A stretch of 63,386 nucleotides of DNA, counting the filler, from Klebsormidium nitens (taxonomy: Eukaryota > Plantae > Klebsormidiophyceae), in assembly GCA_000708835.1 (NCBI GenBank). It is 4 parts of 4 records of this genome, joined end to end, with 100 filler letters (N's around TTAATTAATTAA, not from the genome) between each part and the next. Parts side by side here need not be neighbours in the genome. Positions count along the whole stretch, not along the records: positions 23,639 to 54,209 come from DF237312.1; positions 54,310 to 61,009 come from DF238339.1; 2 more parts are not named here. The stretch is one strand, 5' to 3'. A model generated the notes under the pieces. The model saw only the letters and a list, made by a program, of their open reading frames with translations. It searched no databases and was not told the DNA's origin. This document shows, one piece after another, positions 48,791-59,699 of this stretch. How positions within the stretch are numbered: position 1 is the stretch's first letter; every line of letters starts with the position of its first letter. A program made the position numbers and the translations under genes.

Positions 48791-50965
48791 GTGACGAGTC
48801 CCGTAACCAAATGCTCTTACGGTCTGCTCGATTTGATTTTGAAACGACTAGGGATCCGAGTTTCCTGGTTGCGGACATGAGATGACGTCCGAAAGTCTGT
48901 CCTCTTTGTCCGCTGAGCTTTCGTGGAAGAGACTGGGCATCAAGGTTCTTGGGAAAGATCGAGTAACAGGCCCGTCTACGGCTGTGGGTGCGAGCTCATT
49001 TGCATGTCATGTCTGTTTCATGTAACTCTGCGGGTTATCGTTGTTCATGTTGAAGGTTCGATAAAGGAAAACTTCGAGGCAGTAGGAGGAGGGGGACCGG
49101 CAAGACCTAACCCCGTCTGACTCCTGCTATTCCCGTCGCCTCACTTAAGAAGCGGTTCGCAAGGCAAGCACGTGGGAATTGGCCCTTCCAATCGAAGCGT
49201 TGCCTTTCGATCAGGCGCGCTTAATGTGCTTATTCTGTGACTTTGGTATGATACTGAGGGTAAATCTGTTGGACCCGAACAAAGTTCTGCTCCAGGGCCT
49301 ACAGAAAGCCTGGATGACGTCAGCGGATTTGGTGCCGCAGTTCTGACTGCCTTCGATTGCAAGCTCGTCTCAAGTGTGTTCGGCTGAATCGTTCTGCAGG
49401 CTAGGCCCGAAGCCCATAGAGTACATTCAAAGTGACTATACATGCATACGTCAGAACATGTAGAACACACGATTCTCTCTCTCACCTCTTCAACCAGTGG
49501 AACAAGCTAACGTCCGTGTCCACAGCTCCTTTGGCCGGCTGAAATTCAAAAATATTGACCGGATGCAATTCTGACGCTCGCGCATTCGTTCACCGCAGGC
49601 CCTCAAATGCTTGGACTAGCTGAGCAATGCGACAACGTCCCCCCGACTGGCGAGGAGCGCAGTCACAGCGTCTCGTTCATGGACCAAGAGAACGTGAGCC
49701 TGTGCGCACAACGATTTAAGAGCGGCCCGTTTGACTTAGGGGGATAGCGTGCGTATGGTGCCTGCATTGCAGATACAGCGAGTCCGCCGCCACTCTGTGT
49801 TCGGAATCCTTGTCAGTCCCACTCAGATAGGGACATGACATGAAACCAACGGCTTTGCTTTTGCCGCGTGTCGCTTATGTAGGAACGGGTTGAAGTCGGC
49901 CATTTGTCTTTGATGCAACGTCAGTCGATCGTCAATTTAATATTGCGTGACCTGACGGCTCAAAAGCTCCAGTATGAATATGAACGGCTCGCTGGGGCTA
50001 CTTTTTTGCTGCTCGATGCATGGTCTTATTGAACCTTCTTAAATTTTATTACTACTCTTTTCTCTTCTTTTTCCCCTTTCTTCCCCTTCACATGTAGGCT
50101 TTCTCTCTTGGCTGTGACTGGGACCGCACCTTGAAAAGTCGGTGTATCGTACCCATTTACCGGTAACCGTACCTACTACGCGTCAGCATGTGCTCAGCTA
50201 GGTTCCGACAGGGCCCTGCGCATGCGGCATTTGCGGCTGGGGTGCAAACTTTGCCCCAGGCACCTTCTGCGGCTCGGGGATCTATCCGGGGGCGCAGGGA
50301 CATTTCTCAGGGGCGCAATTGCCCCGGTAGTGGCAAGTGTTCCAGACTCTCTTCCGGTAGGTCCGTATTAAACCCTCGATTCTATTTGAAGGATATAATA
50401 GCCCCTATGAAGGGTAACTACTAACATCAACACTTAACGAGAAATCTAAACCCAAAGTCTACAGGCTCCGCACCCGTATCAAGTTATCAACCCTAACCCC
50501 CAAGCTAACCTGACCCGTCTTTTTTCAATACCGTTATGGTCCTGATTCCTTACCCTTCATATTACGATAATACGGATGAAACGGAATGGTAGAGCCAAAG
50601 GGCCGGAGACGCTGCTGCGCTCGGGGGCTTCCGCTCGGCGGCGCTCTGCCCCCCGTTGTGCGTCCCGCCCGCAGCCCTGCCCTGCGGCTTGTGTGCTTTT
50701 GCCAAGTGGCGCCTCAGGGTGCAATGTTGAGTTTCGACCAGGCTCTGCTATTATAATTGTGATCTTGGTTCATGAGTCACGGCGTTTGGATTCTGGGGGT
50801 CTTTTAGGTACACACTACCTACACAGCGGCAAAGAAGCGGGTGTGGTTTTGGTCAATTCGCCGAGAACCGAAGGTGTTGTTTTGCTCAAATTTACTGCGC
50901 TACTCCGGGGGTTACCTTCTGAAGGCAAAAGTGGTCCCGTGCGACGGTCAAATCGTACATAGCTG

Positions 50966-51008
50966 CTAGCAAAAGTTTACTTCTTCACCACGCTGTGGAG
51001 CGTGGTGA
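50966..51008 (-). other. 10-bp-stem hairpin followed 15 nt later by CTAG on the minus strand (Helitron-3'-end-like)
   Basis: TCACCACGCT-GTGG-AGCGTGGTGA at 50985-51008; CTAG at 50966-50969. The flanking base is C rather than the expected T. Confidence 0.3.
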
Positions 51009-51159
51009 CGAATTATGCACCGAATTGGAATTGCACTGCGGTGTTTTTGCTGACGTATGACCGTACGAGTCGGCGAATTGGAAACCACACCCATGTTTTT
51101 TTGGCGACGGCGGCACCGCAACCTCTGCTATACCGTCGCTCGAAACCAAAAACTAAGGT

Positions 51160-54100
51160 CCAGCTGTCGTCACGGTCTTGCCGGTTTTGTGCCGAGAGCG
51201 TCGGTTCAGTGTTGACATCAATGTCGACATCAGGGAAAAGGCGAGAGAAATACCGGTATGGAAAGATTCCGAAAGCAACCCGATCGCCGAGCGGTCGGCT
51301 CGTACACGTGCGGTACATCGTTGGCGGCCGGCCGGCTCCGGTTTTCTCTTCGGCTCACGATCTTGGATTGATTCGCAGCTAGTACCCAGTGCTAATTAAA
51401 TGAGCAGGTTGTTTGTAGTAAGCTGATCTCTGTACGTCTAGCGATTCTTTTGTCGTCACTGCCTGCAGCCGGGATCGGACGTCACTCGCCGGTGGCAGAA
51501 ACCGTGACGCGTAACAACTTGAAGAATGCAGCTCGCGTATACCAGCTCGCGTTCACCTGATCAGTCGACTGCCGCAGATGATGGGTGTCAGTCAGGACTC
51601 AGCATCCTTGTGAGAAGAGTAGTAAATCAGGGGGCGCATCGTACTTCTTTCGTCAAGAAAACTCCTTAGAGAGAAACGTGCTAGCCAGCTCTATTGCTTT
51701 GGGATCACCACATTTTCTTGGTCAGCATCGCCGGTGGAAGGCGGCTTTGCTTGCGCACTGAAAGGATAACCGCTGAGCTGGGTGGTAGCTGGAAATGAGC
51801 AGGTTATTGGGGAACAGATCAATCCGGAATTCTCAGCATCTACCAAAGGAGGCCGGGAGAAGCAAGCAGGCAGCCACTTCTGGCGCATGCCGAGCTTGAG
51901 GCAAGGATTTCTCATCCGCAAAGGTAGTGCAAATCCCAGGGCTCTGAAGATTGTCTGTAGCTATCATCGTCTTGGAAGGTGTAAGTTAAACTCTGCCTAG
52001 TCGAGCCTTGTCGGTGTGGTTTCAGGTTACAAGTTGTTTCCAATCATGGCCTGATCTTTGACATTGTTTCCTCAGCGCTGTTATGGGATGCTGTGTGCAT
52101 GAGTGCCGTCTGAGAATCAAGGCGGGCTCAGAATCCTGAATTGCATCTCTTGTTGTCTCCTTCATCTTGGTGCGGAGTCAATCTTGCGGTTCTACCCCTT
52201 GGAACCCTCACCAAGTGAATCTCAAAAGAAAAGAGATGTATGCGGGTTCAGAAAGTACAACTTTCAGGTTTAACAAGGCTGGAGCCCTAACATGCCAGGC
52301 GCCAATACCAGACGTGACTTTTGTGTCTTAATCATTTTCATACGTTTCCTTATTGGCCCTTCAGTGGCTCATGCAGCATTGCACCCAGCATCACTCTAGT
52401 ACCAAACTTATTAAGTGGAGTGATCTACGGTGTTGGATTGAAGTGCAATCTTTGTTGGTCAGTTGCTTGATTACCATCGCCTTCAAAATTAGCTTGTTGA
52501 GGGCTCAAATGCTTGTTCAAAATTGCCCCAATTTGTGCGCAGGCATTGAAGCCTCATTGATTGAGGCGTTTAATCAGAGCTCTGCTCCGCGTGTTTCTGC
52601 AGGTAACGAGATTCTATCAGTGCGTATTGGAGCCGTTAACACCCAAGGGATCCCTCAGTCACTCAGGGGATCCCTCAGTCACCACAAGAAGAATTGGGGC
52701 ATATCAGCGCACCCCTTTGAATCCAGCTTGCTTTGGTGAGCTGCACTTGACTGGCGACACCCGTGCATGAGCTTTTGTACCGCAGGAATGCGCAAGTACT
52801 GCCGCTAGGCAAGCTGAGGTTGAATCTACCGTTTATGCTCTTGTTGAGAACAAAGACAGATTTTTAGTCTTTTTGAGAAAACAGAAGGATAAGTACTTGT
52901 ATGCTTCCAGGAGTTCTACTGATGAGGTTTGCGGATTGCGTCTCATGGTTGCAGTTTGTTGTCGCTTTCTCTCACAATCTTGCGACAACTGGGAGCTCTG
53001 GCTTGGTCAGCTTTCCTGCTGGCAGCAGATTGAACCAACCGACACAGAAGTCTGCCTTTTGCAATTCAAGTCTTAGGCTTACACTCTGCGAAATCAGCCT
53101 GTCGATACAATCTTTGCATCTACGAAACTGCCATTGCTCCTGAATGGTTGTGTCTCTAGGCTTGCAAATGCAATCCTGTCTTCGGGTTTAAGTTCGGGTT
53201 CAATTAATAAGATTGAGGGTACAGTGCCTATTGTAAGGTTGCCTGAGCAGAAGTAGATCAATTCGAGGACAAAGGCCTGTACCAATCAACCTGCTTTCCG
53301 GTTGCTGACGCACGTCGCAAACTCCTGTTGTTGTTACTGTTCGGACATGGTTCTCACAACTCAGTTGCTCCTCTTTCGTAGGCTCACCCGCAATGGCTCC
53401 CCTTTCCGTGTGGCCCTGGCTGCTAGGAGTATATGTTCTGGCCGCCACGCTCAACCTCGCTTCAGCGCAAGGCCCGCCAACAGGTGAGTATGTTGAATTT
53501 GTCTTGCACAACCTGGCGCTAATTATGTAATCAGTTCAAATATTGCCAATCTGATGGTGGGACAGGCTAGGCTCTCAAACAATCTTGGTAGCGAGATCCA
53601 GTCCTTATGCTTTGCAACTTATGGGTTGTAAGTAGGCTGACTTACAAGTGCGGTCAAGAGAACCTTCATGATTGCGTGTCAATCTTTGTCTCTGTGTTAA
53701 GTGTCAGCAATTTGAAGTGTCACTGAGTCCATTGAGCAGTCTCCAATCTAGTTGAGCTGCGTCAGTCATTTTTCCTTCCTGTGTCATTGACTGGATTCGC
53801 AAAACATTGTCTGCTTAAGAGCAAGTGTGTTCTCTTCTAAAGAGACTACCAGTTCTGACCCCCAGCAATGCCTTCTGAGTGACAGCGCATCAAAGCATTC
53901 TTTGAGTTCACTTCGCAGGACGCCCACCAACATTGCAGGGGCCTCCGCCAACTACCCTCCCCGTGACTCCCACTCCCCAGGGGACCAGCCTTCCCTCCCC
54001 TCTGCAGCCCCCCCCTACAAACGTGCCTACAACACCCCCGCCTACGACACCCCCGCCACCCCCGCCTACGACACCCCGCCTACGACACCCCGCCTACAAC

Positions 54101-54209
54101 ACCCCGCCTACAACACCCCTGCCGACAACAACCCCCAGCCGACAACACCCCAACCCACAACCCCCAGCCGACAACACCCCTGCCTACAACCCCGCAGCCG
54201 ACAACCCCC
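51160..54209 (+). repeat. Segmental duplication copy B, carrying the upstream region and first two exons of the extensin-like gene
   Basis: Collinear with ~25350-29100. Exon 53393-53483 encodes MAPLSVWPWLLGVYVLAATLNLASAQGPPT; exon from 53919 expands into a ~15-nt TTPPP repeat (ACAACACCCCCGCCT-like, ~54030-54209) that ends at a gap. Confidence 0.9.
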
Positions 54210-54721
54210 NNNNNNNNNNNNNNNNNNNNNNNNNNNNNNNNNNNNNNNNNNNNTTAATTAATTAANNNNNNNNNNNNNNNNNNNNNNNNNNNNNNNNNNN
54301 NNNNNNNNNGGATCGGTATGACCACATCTGGCATGATGGCAAGAGGTGCGTGATGATCCAGAAGGGTAAGCGTCATTTGACCTTGCATAGCCCTGCTCTT
54401 CCTCGTGATCAACCTGAACACAACCAGCCTAGGCCCGGCCCGAAAGTAAAAGATACGAGTTCCGTCGGCGGCAAAATTAAATTTCGGCCGACTCTGGGTA
54501 CTTCCGCGCGCTGGGTACTTCGATAATCGATAATTTTCGAAATCGAATATATTCCAGACTGCGACAGTTCGACACACTCATAAAAAGTCGTAAATTTGAC
54601 TTAGCCGAATTCCGAACATCGCGAAATTCCCCGGGCACGAGTAAATTTGTGCCCGGAAGTAGAATGAAGCTCATGTTCTAAAACCGACCACATACCATGT
54701 CACGCTCGGTGAATCAGGCTA

Positions 54722-54778
54722 GCTAGCTATTGTAGACTCATGGTCTCCAAGCTAGCCATTGTAGACTCATGGTCTCCA
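54722..54778. repeat. 29-bp tandem duplication near the left end of the transposon
   Basis: GCTAGC(T/C)ATTGTAGACTCATGGTCTCCA x2. Confidence 0.9.
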
Positions 54779-55055
54779 GTGAAAATTGAATACATGTATA
54801 AGGAGAATAAATTGTGTTCTCAATATGTGCATATGTATGCGACACAAAATGCATATTGCGCGTAATGCATTGCATGCAGTCAGCGAGTGCTTCAGTGTGA
54901 GTCCAAATTCAATGAAATGAATATGTATATAAGAGTGCAATAAATGATTTGAAAATAATTCATTGGATACAATGTAATGTGACTGTGTATCTAGAGTCCG
55001 GCCATTCAAAGAAGCTTTGTGCAACCCTAGCCAGCCATGTCTGATCTTGGCGCCT

Positions 55056-58000
55056 ATGGAGCATCTGAGCTGGGCTGGTGCTAAGCGCCCACGCTCCGGA
55101 TCCGCCGAGTTGTCTGTCCAGCAGAAGGGGGACGTCCTGAAACGAAAGAAATCCGAAATAGCTTCAGCTGCACTTCGCGAACCAGGGGGTAGATTCGCTT
55201 CTACATCTAACAAAATCCAACCTCAACGCCCAGTTGCTGTACGCAGAGCAAGGGAAGCAGAAGTTGTTCAGCAACGTTTTGATAGTTATATTGCTGAAAA
55301 TCAGGCTGTGATAGCAGCATTGAAAGCAGGTCATAGTGAGCAGCTAGAGAATCTGCAAACGAAAATCTTGCAGCTGACCAAACAAGTCTCATCCCTGAGA
55401 GTCAAATTGTCTTATGCGCAGCGCAAAGGCACATCTGGTATACAGATTGCTGGGCTTGTAGGTCGTAGAAAATTGGTTGGCGGTAACAGTAAACCCACAC
55501 AGGTCAAGTTGGCAGGCACCATTGAATCTCTGTTCACATTGGTGTTTGCAAACCCCGCAACCCGCAAATCCGCCCTTTACCAGCACTACCTAAGACATCA
55601 GTCTGACTATGAACTAATCACAGATGCTGCTTTGAACGATCAGGCTGCATTCCAGAGATGCTGTTCTGCCCATCCTGAATGGTTGCAACCCTATCAACAG
55701 GCTGTTGTTAAAGCTATCGAGGACGCCTGGACTTTAGATCAGTGTTTGGCTGCGCAGATCCATTGCAAGATCGGGCACTCTGAAAAGTGGCAGTTTTTGA
55801 TCAATCTTCTGAGCAAAACCTACAACTCGGTAGAGAAGCAGTGGGTTCGCAGGAAGATTTTGGGGAAAGGAAGTAAGGTTTACCTGCCTCTCCTCAAATC
55901 CAAGAACCAGGTCAACGCGCACCGCGCAGCCCTCCATGCCATCATCCCTTTGATCCAGAACGAGGATGGCACCGCCTGCTGGACCGAGTTGCCGCAGCAG
56001 ATCGTCGAGGCTGTGAGGCTCGACCGGGAAAGGGGGTACCTGCGCAGCAATCGAGAGCTTCTCAGAGACTTTCTCTGGCTGCACTGGGGCGGCGATGCAG
56101 CGGGGTGGCTTCGAGGAACTTCTCACAGCATATGGGGGTTTAAGCTCCTCGGGAACAACCGGGTCGTCACCCATTCTCCCAAAGATATGCGGGTAGCCTT
56201 GACCTTCGAGGGGAAAGACAAGTACTCCACCTACTTGGAGTACTTGCAGCCATTCCTAGAGCCCATGCAAACCATGACCACCGAGGGGCTCCAGGTAGAA
56301 AACACCCACTACACAGTGAACCAAACCCTCGGCGCAGACTACGTGCTGATGAGCGAGCTCCTTGGCCATTCCGGAGCGTCAAGTTTAACCGGGTGTTGCT
56401 TCTGCGAGGAGCACAAGGACAACTACGGCAAGACGCACGTGGTTAACGGACGGAGAGTTCCCCTCACAGCCACCCCCCGAACCACCGAGAGCATGGCTGC
56501 AGCTGCGCACCGCCCCTGGACCACAGGCCCTGGCGTTGAGTGCCCCTACTGCCACGAGCAATTCCCCAACCAGGAAGCAGTGGACGCGTCCCAACCCCCC
56601 CAAACCAAGGGGGAAACCAAGAAGTTCCAGCAATCGCATGCGGGAATGAGGTTCGGCACCCCTCCAATCTTCCGATTCCCAATCAGCGCCTACGCAATCT
56701 GCATCCTCCATCTCCTCCTGCGCCTCATGGCGATCACTTTCCACCAAACCATCGCCGTCAACCTCAACACCCCAGAGAAAACGGACGCAGTCAACGCACT
56801 CATCAAAGCCCTCCACTTGGGATGCAAGAAACTCGAGCAGAGAACGGCGAGCGGGGACAAGAAGAAAGATACCACTGACATCAACTTCATCGGAAGGTGG
56901 GTGGGCCTTACTTTTGTGCTGTGTGCATTCTGCGTCTGCGTCTGCTCCCTTGCTCCGGTGCTCCGCGCGTCTTCTCCTCCCTCCTTTGCTGCTCCCCTTC
57001 TGCTCCATGCTCCTGCTCCCTGCTACTCCATGCTCCATGCTGTCTCCTTCTGGTCCGTGCTTGCCATCTAATCATCTTTCTACGCCTAGTCCTACTTTTT
57101 TACCTGCAATCAAAAAGAAACAAACAAGCATATTACTAATGTCTTGCAGAGAAGCTCGCGTGCTCCTGCATCCAACCGCGTACAACGCGTTCCTGGACAT
57201 CGCCATCACAGAGCCCAGCAAGCGGGATGACGCAAGGATCATCTGGGACAACCTCGCGGCTCTAGAGCTACGCTGAGGTGCTCCGCCCCCTCCACAACCC
57301 TGGCGACGACGACGAACGGGAGGCCAAAAGCATCGTGGTCCAAGACAGGGCGGTGGCGTACGTGCACAGCTTCAGCTCGCAGCTAGGGGCGGACCTCGCC
57401 ACCCTCTACATGCATCTGGGGATGGTGCACGTACCTGACATGGTGCGCCGCTTCGCGATCAACTTCAGCGACATGTCACAGCAGTTTGTCGAGCACAAGC
57501 TGAAAGAGGGGAAGACAGATATGCAGCTGTTTACCAACAAGCGGTTGGTAGACGAACGGCAGCAGAAGGGGCGCAACTTGCAAGTGATGGCGAAGGGCAG
57601 GGAACGGCTAGCCCTAGAGCAAACGGTCGCAATGCCGCTCAGCAGAAATGAGAGGCGGTTTATCGGGGACGGAGAGAAGGTTGCAGAGCAGGCGATCGAG
57701 AGAGCTGAGAGGAGGGGCCAGCTGCCAAGCCGGAGCAAAGCACAGCTCGAGAGCAAACTCGAGAAGTTGGGTCCGGATCATATTGCCCGGGTCTACACCG
57801 GGTACGTAGAAATCGTGGAGAAACTTGCCTTTGCCGACTCGGAGGAGTCTCCCGGGGAGCAGAGCAGCGCTCGCTTGAGGGTCGAGTCGGAGAACCGGAC
57901 GCCGGGGGGATTGGAGGGCCTCGGCGGGGACTCCCACCAGGGAGAGGAGGCCGGGTTGGAGGAACCCGCCGCAGCTGGCGTGGGGGAAAGCAACGGGCCG

Positions 58001-58273
58001 GCGAGAGGCGAGGGTGGGGGCGAGGGCAGAGGCGGGGGCGCGGGGGCGAGGGACGCAGAAGGGGTGGCAGAGAGGGGCAGGGGGAGGGGCACGAGCACGG
58101 GCACGGGGAGGGGCGCCGAGGGCAGGGGCGCGGGAAGGGGGCCGCTGGAAGGGGCGCTGGCGCTGGAAGGGGGGGCGCTGGCGGTGGAAGAAGGGGCAGA
58201 GGCCGCGCGGGGAGAATCTCCGCTTCTGCAAGGCCAATTTAGAGTTAGAAAAATAGCCTTAGACAACAAGTAG
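55056..58273 (+). CDS. RAG1/Transib-like DDE transposase; one intron (56897-57149) and a +1 frameshift at ~57262-57266
   Basis: Ordered motifs: WGGDAAG (D at 56094), FEGKDKYSTY, LGADYVLMSELLG (D at 56337), GCCFC (CxxC, 56394-56405), ICILHLL, NFIGR|EAR across the splice, TLYMHLGMVHVPD (HxxxxH, from 57413), SQQFVEHK (E at 57491). Order and spacing match the RAG1 core. Intron has AG|GTGGGT, a TACTAAT branch point and TTGCAG. Confidence 0.82.
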
Positions 58274-58598
58274 ACAATCAAGACAATCAAGAAGCAATCA
58301 GGATTGAACATGTTGACAGGAAACATTGTTTGACATTAGAAGGTGGCATTGTAATCCACCTTCTGGATTGAAGTAGAGAGTGCTGTCCGTCATTGTTGTC
58401 TTTGTTGTCACGTGCTGCCCCCTACGTGCACACTCCTACTCACAGTGCATGCGCCCTACAAACCGGTACTGAGTATGTCCGCACGCAGACGTCTTCAGGT
58501 TATGCATGCACTCTATGGGGTGTGCACTAAAAGGGGGCCAATCACGTTGTTGCAATATGTTGACGGACGTTGCACTCTTGACTTCCATGAACAGCACT

Positions 58599-58669
58599 TT
58601 GATGCAAACAATGGCAATGCAATAGCTAGCTTGATGCAAACAATGGCAATGCAATAGCTAGCTTGATGC
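58599..58669. repeat. 32-bp tandem duplication between the convergent 3' ends
   Basis: TTGATGCAAACAATGGCAATGCAATAGCTAGC x2, plus a partial third copy. Confidence 0.9.
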
Positions 58670-59699
58670 TGTACAAGACATATGCAAGGCAACGTAGCCC
58701 TGCACGCTCACCTTCTTCATTTGGCAGATCGTGCCAACCATCTTCCACACCCCCAGCCTGCATCTGAGCTGCTTGCTGGCGTCTTCTCTCTTCCTGCGGC
58801 CTTGGTTCTGGCCGGGGCATGACAATGTGTTCGTCTCTCATACTTCGCTCAGACCGCGCGTCCCGAGCGGCTTGATCACTTTCATATTCAGATTTGAGAA
58901 TAGCCTCTGAAGCCTCAACCATTTCTGGTGAAACTGCCATCTCCAGATCCTGCAACTCGAGCACACTATCCCTGATCCACTTTTCAACAAAGTCCCACCC
59001 CTGCGCAGGTTCTATCATGTCTTCTGCCTTGCTGATGACTCCAGCAACAGTCATCTTCACCCAGCCATAGACGAAATGGACCCTTGCCCCCGAAGCTTTG
59101 CTATACGTATGGGTGACCTCAATGGGAGGAACGACCACCAAAACTTCCCCTGTGGGGAGAAGCTTGCAGCAACCATTGCCTCTTTTCTCATTGACCAGAT
59201 TAAAAGCACAAAACTCAAGAACCCCCCTGGTTGTTTCCAAAATCCTGACGTGAGTCTCTACAGTGCTTGTCTTTACAGCAGCCTGCTCCCAATCTTCTGA
59301 AAAGATGGCTTCGAAAGCTGGGAGAGGAACAAAAGGCTGTGTGCTCCAGAGAACGCCGGAATGGTTGGTGCCTCCCAACCGCCAGAAGATCTTCCTTCTC
59401 CAGAACGAAGCAATGTCCCGAGCATCATAGAGACACGCAAACTTGCTTGGACCTGCTTCTGTCAGATGGGAGTTGAGGTATTTGACCTGACACTGGGGAC
59501 ACTTCCTTGAAGCCCCCGCAAGCTTCTTTCCGTCCACAGGGCAAAAGGCAAAGGCTCTCCCACTCAGCTCTTTCAGAACAAGACCAAGACGCTTGTCAGC
59601 AAGCTCTTTAAGCTCAACTTTAGTTTTCTTGGGGCGCCGCTGATGGTCATCAGCAAAGCTGGGTTCCTTTCTCCTGCGCCTTTCCAACCCGCCTGCCAT
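58626..59699 (-). CDS. Unknown protein (~357 aa) encoded convergently inside the transposon
   Basis: Long open frame from ATG 59699. Basic N-terminus (RRRRK, RRPKK), Cys cluster CPVDGKKLAGASRKCPQC, aromatic-rich core and acidic C-terminus. Possible donor at 58711 and a 5'-UTR acceptor near 59728. Confidence 0.65.
   Translation of the reverse strand: MAGGLERRRRKEPSFADDHQRRPKKTKVELKELADKRLGLVLKELSGRAFAFCPVDGKKLAGASRKCPQCQVKYLNSHLTEAGPSKFACLYDARDIASFWRRKIFWRLGGTNHSGVLWSTQPFVPLPAFEAIFSEDWEQAAVKTSTVETHVRILETTRGVLEFCAFNLVNEKRGNGCCKLLPTGEVLVVVPPIEVTHTYSKASGARVHFVYGWVKMTVAGVISKAEDMIEPAQGWDFVEKWIRDSVLELQDLEMAVSPEMVEASEAILKSEYESDQAARDARSERSMRDEHIVMPRPEPRPQEERRRQQAAQMQAGGVEDGWHDLPNEEGERAGLRCLAYVLYSIKLAIALPLFASS

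Noticed and set aside
50430-50520. AACCCTAACCCC telomere-like motifs
   Set aside because: Too few and too degenerate to call an interstitial telomere.
54722-54778. Short direct repeats as a possible CRISPR array (also 58599-58669)
   Set aside because: Only two adjacent copies, no spacers, no cas genes, and a eukaryotic context.
57614-58326. Pro/Arg-rich minus-strand ORFs (also Gly-rich ORFs antisense to 28904-31444, and 44516-44701)
   Set aside because: Antisense shadows of GC-rich coding or pseudogene sequence on the plus strand.
58626-59699. Calling the partner gene RAG2
   Set aside because: No kelch repeats or PHD finger are visible; only the position is analogous.
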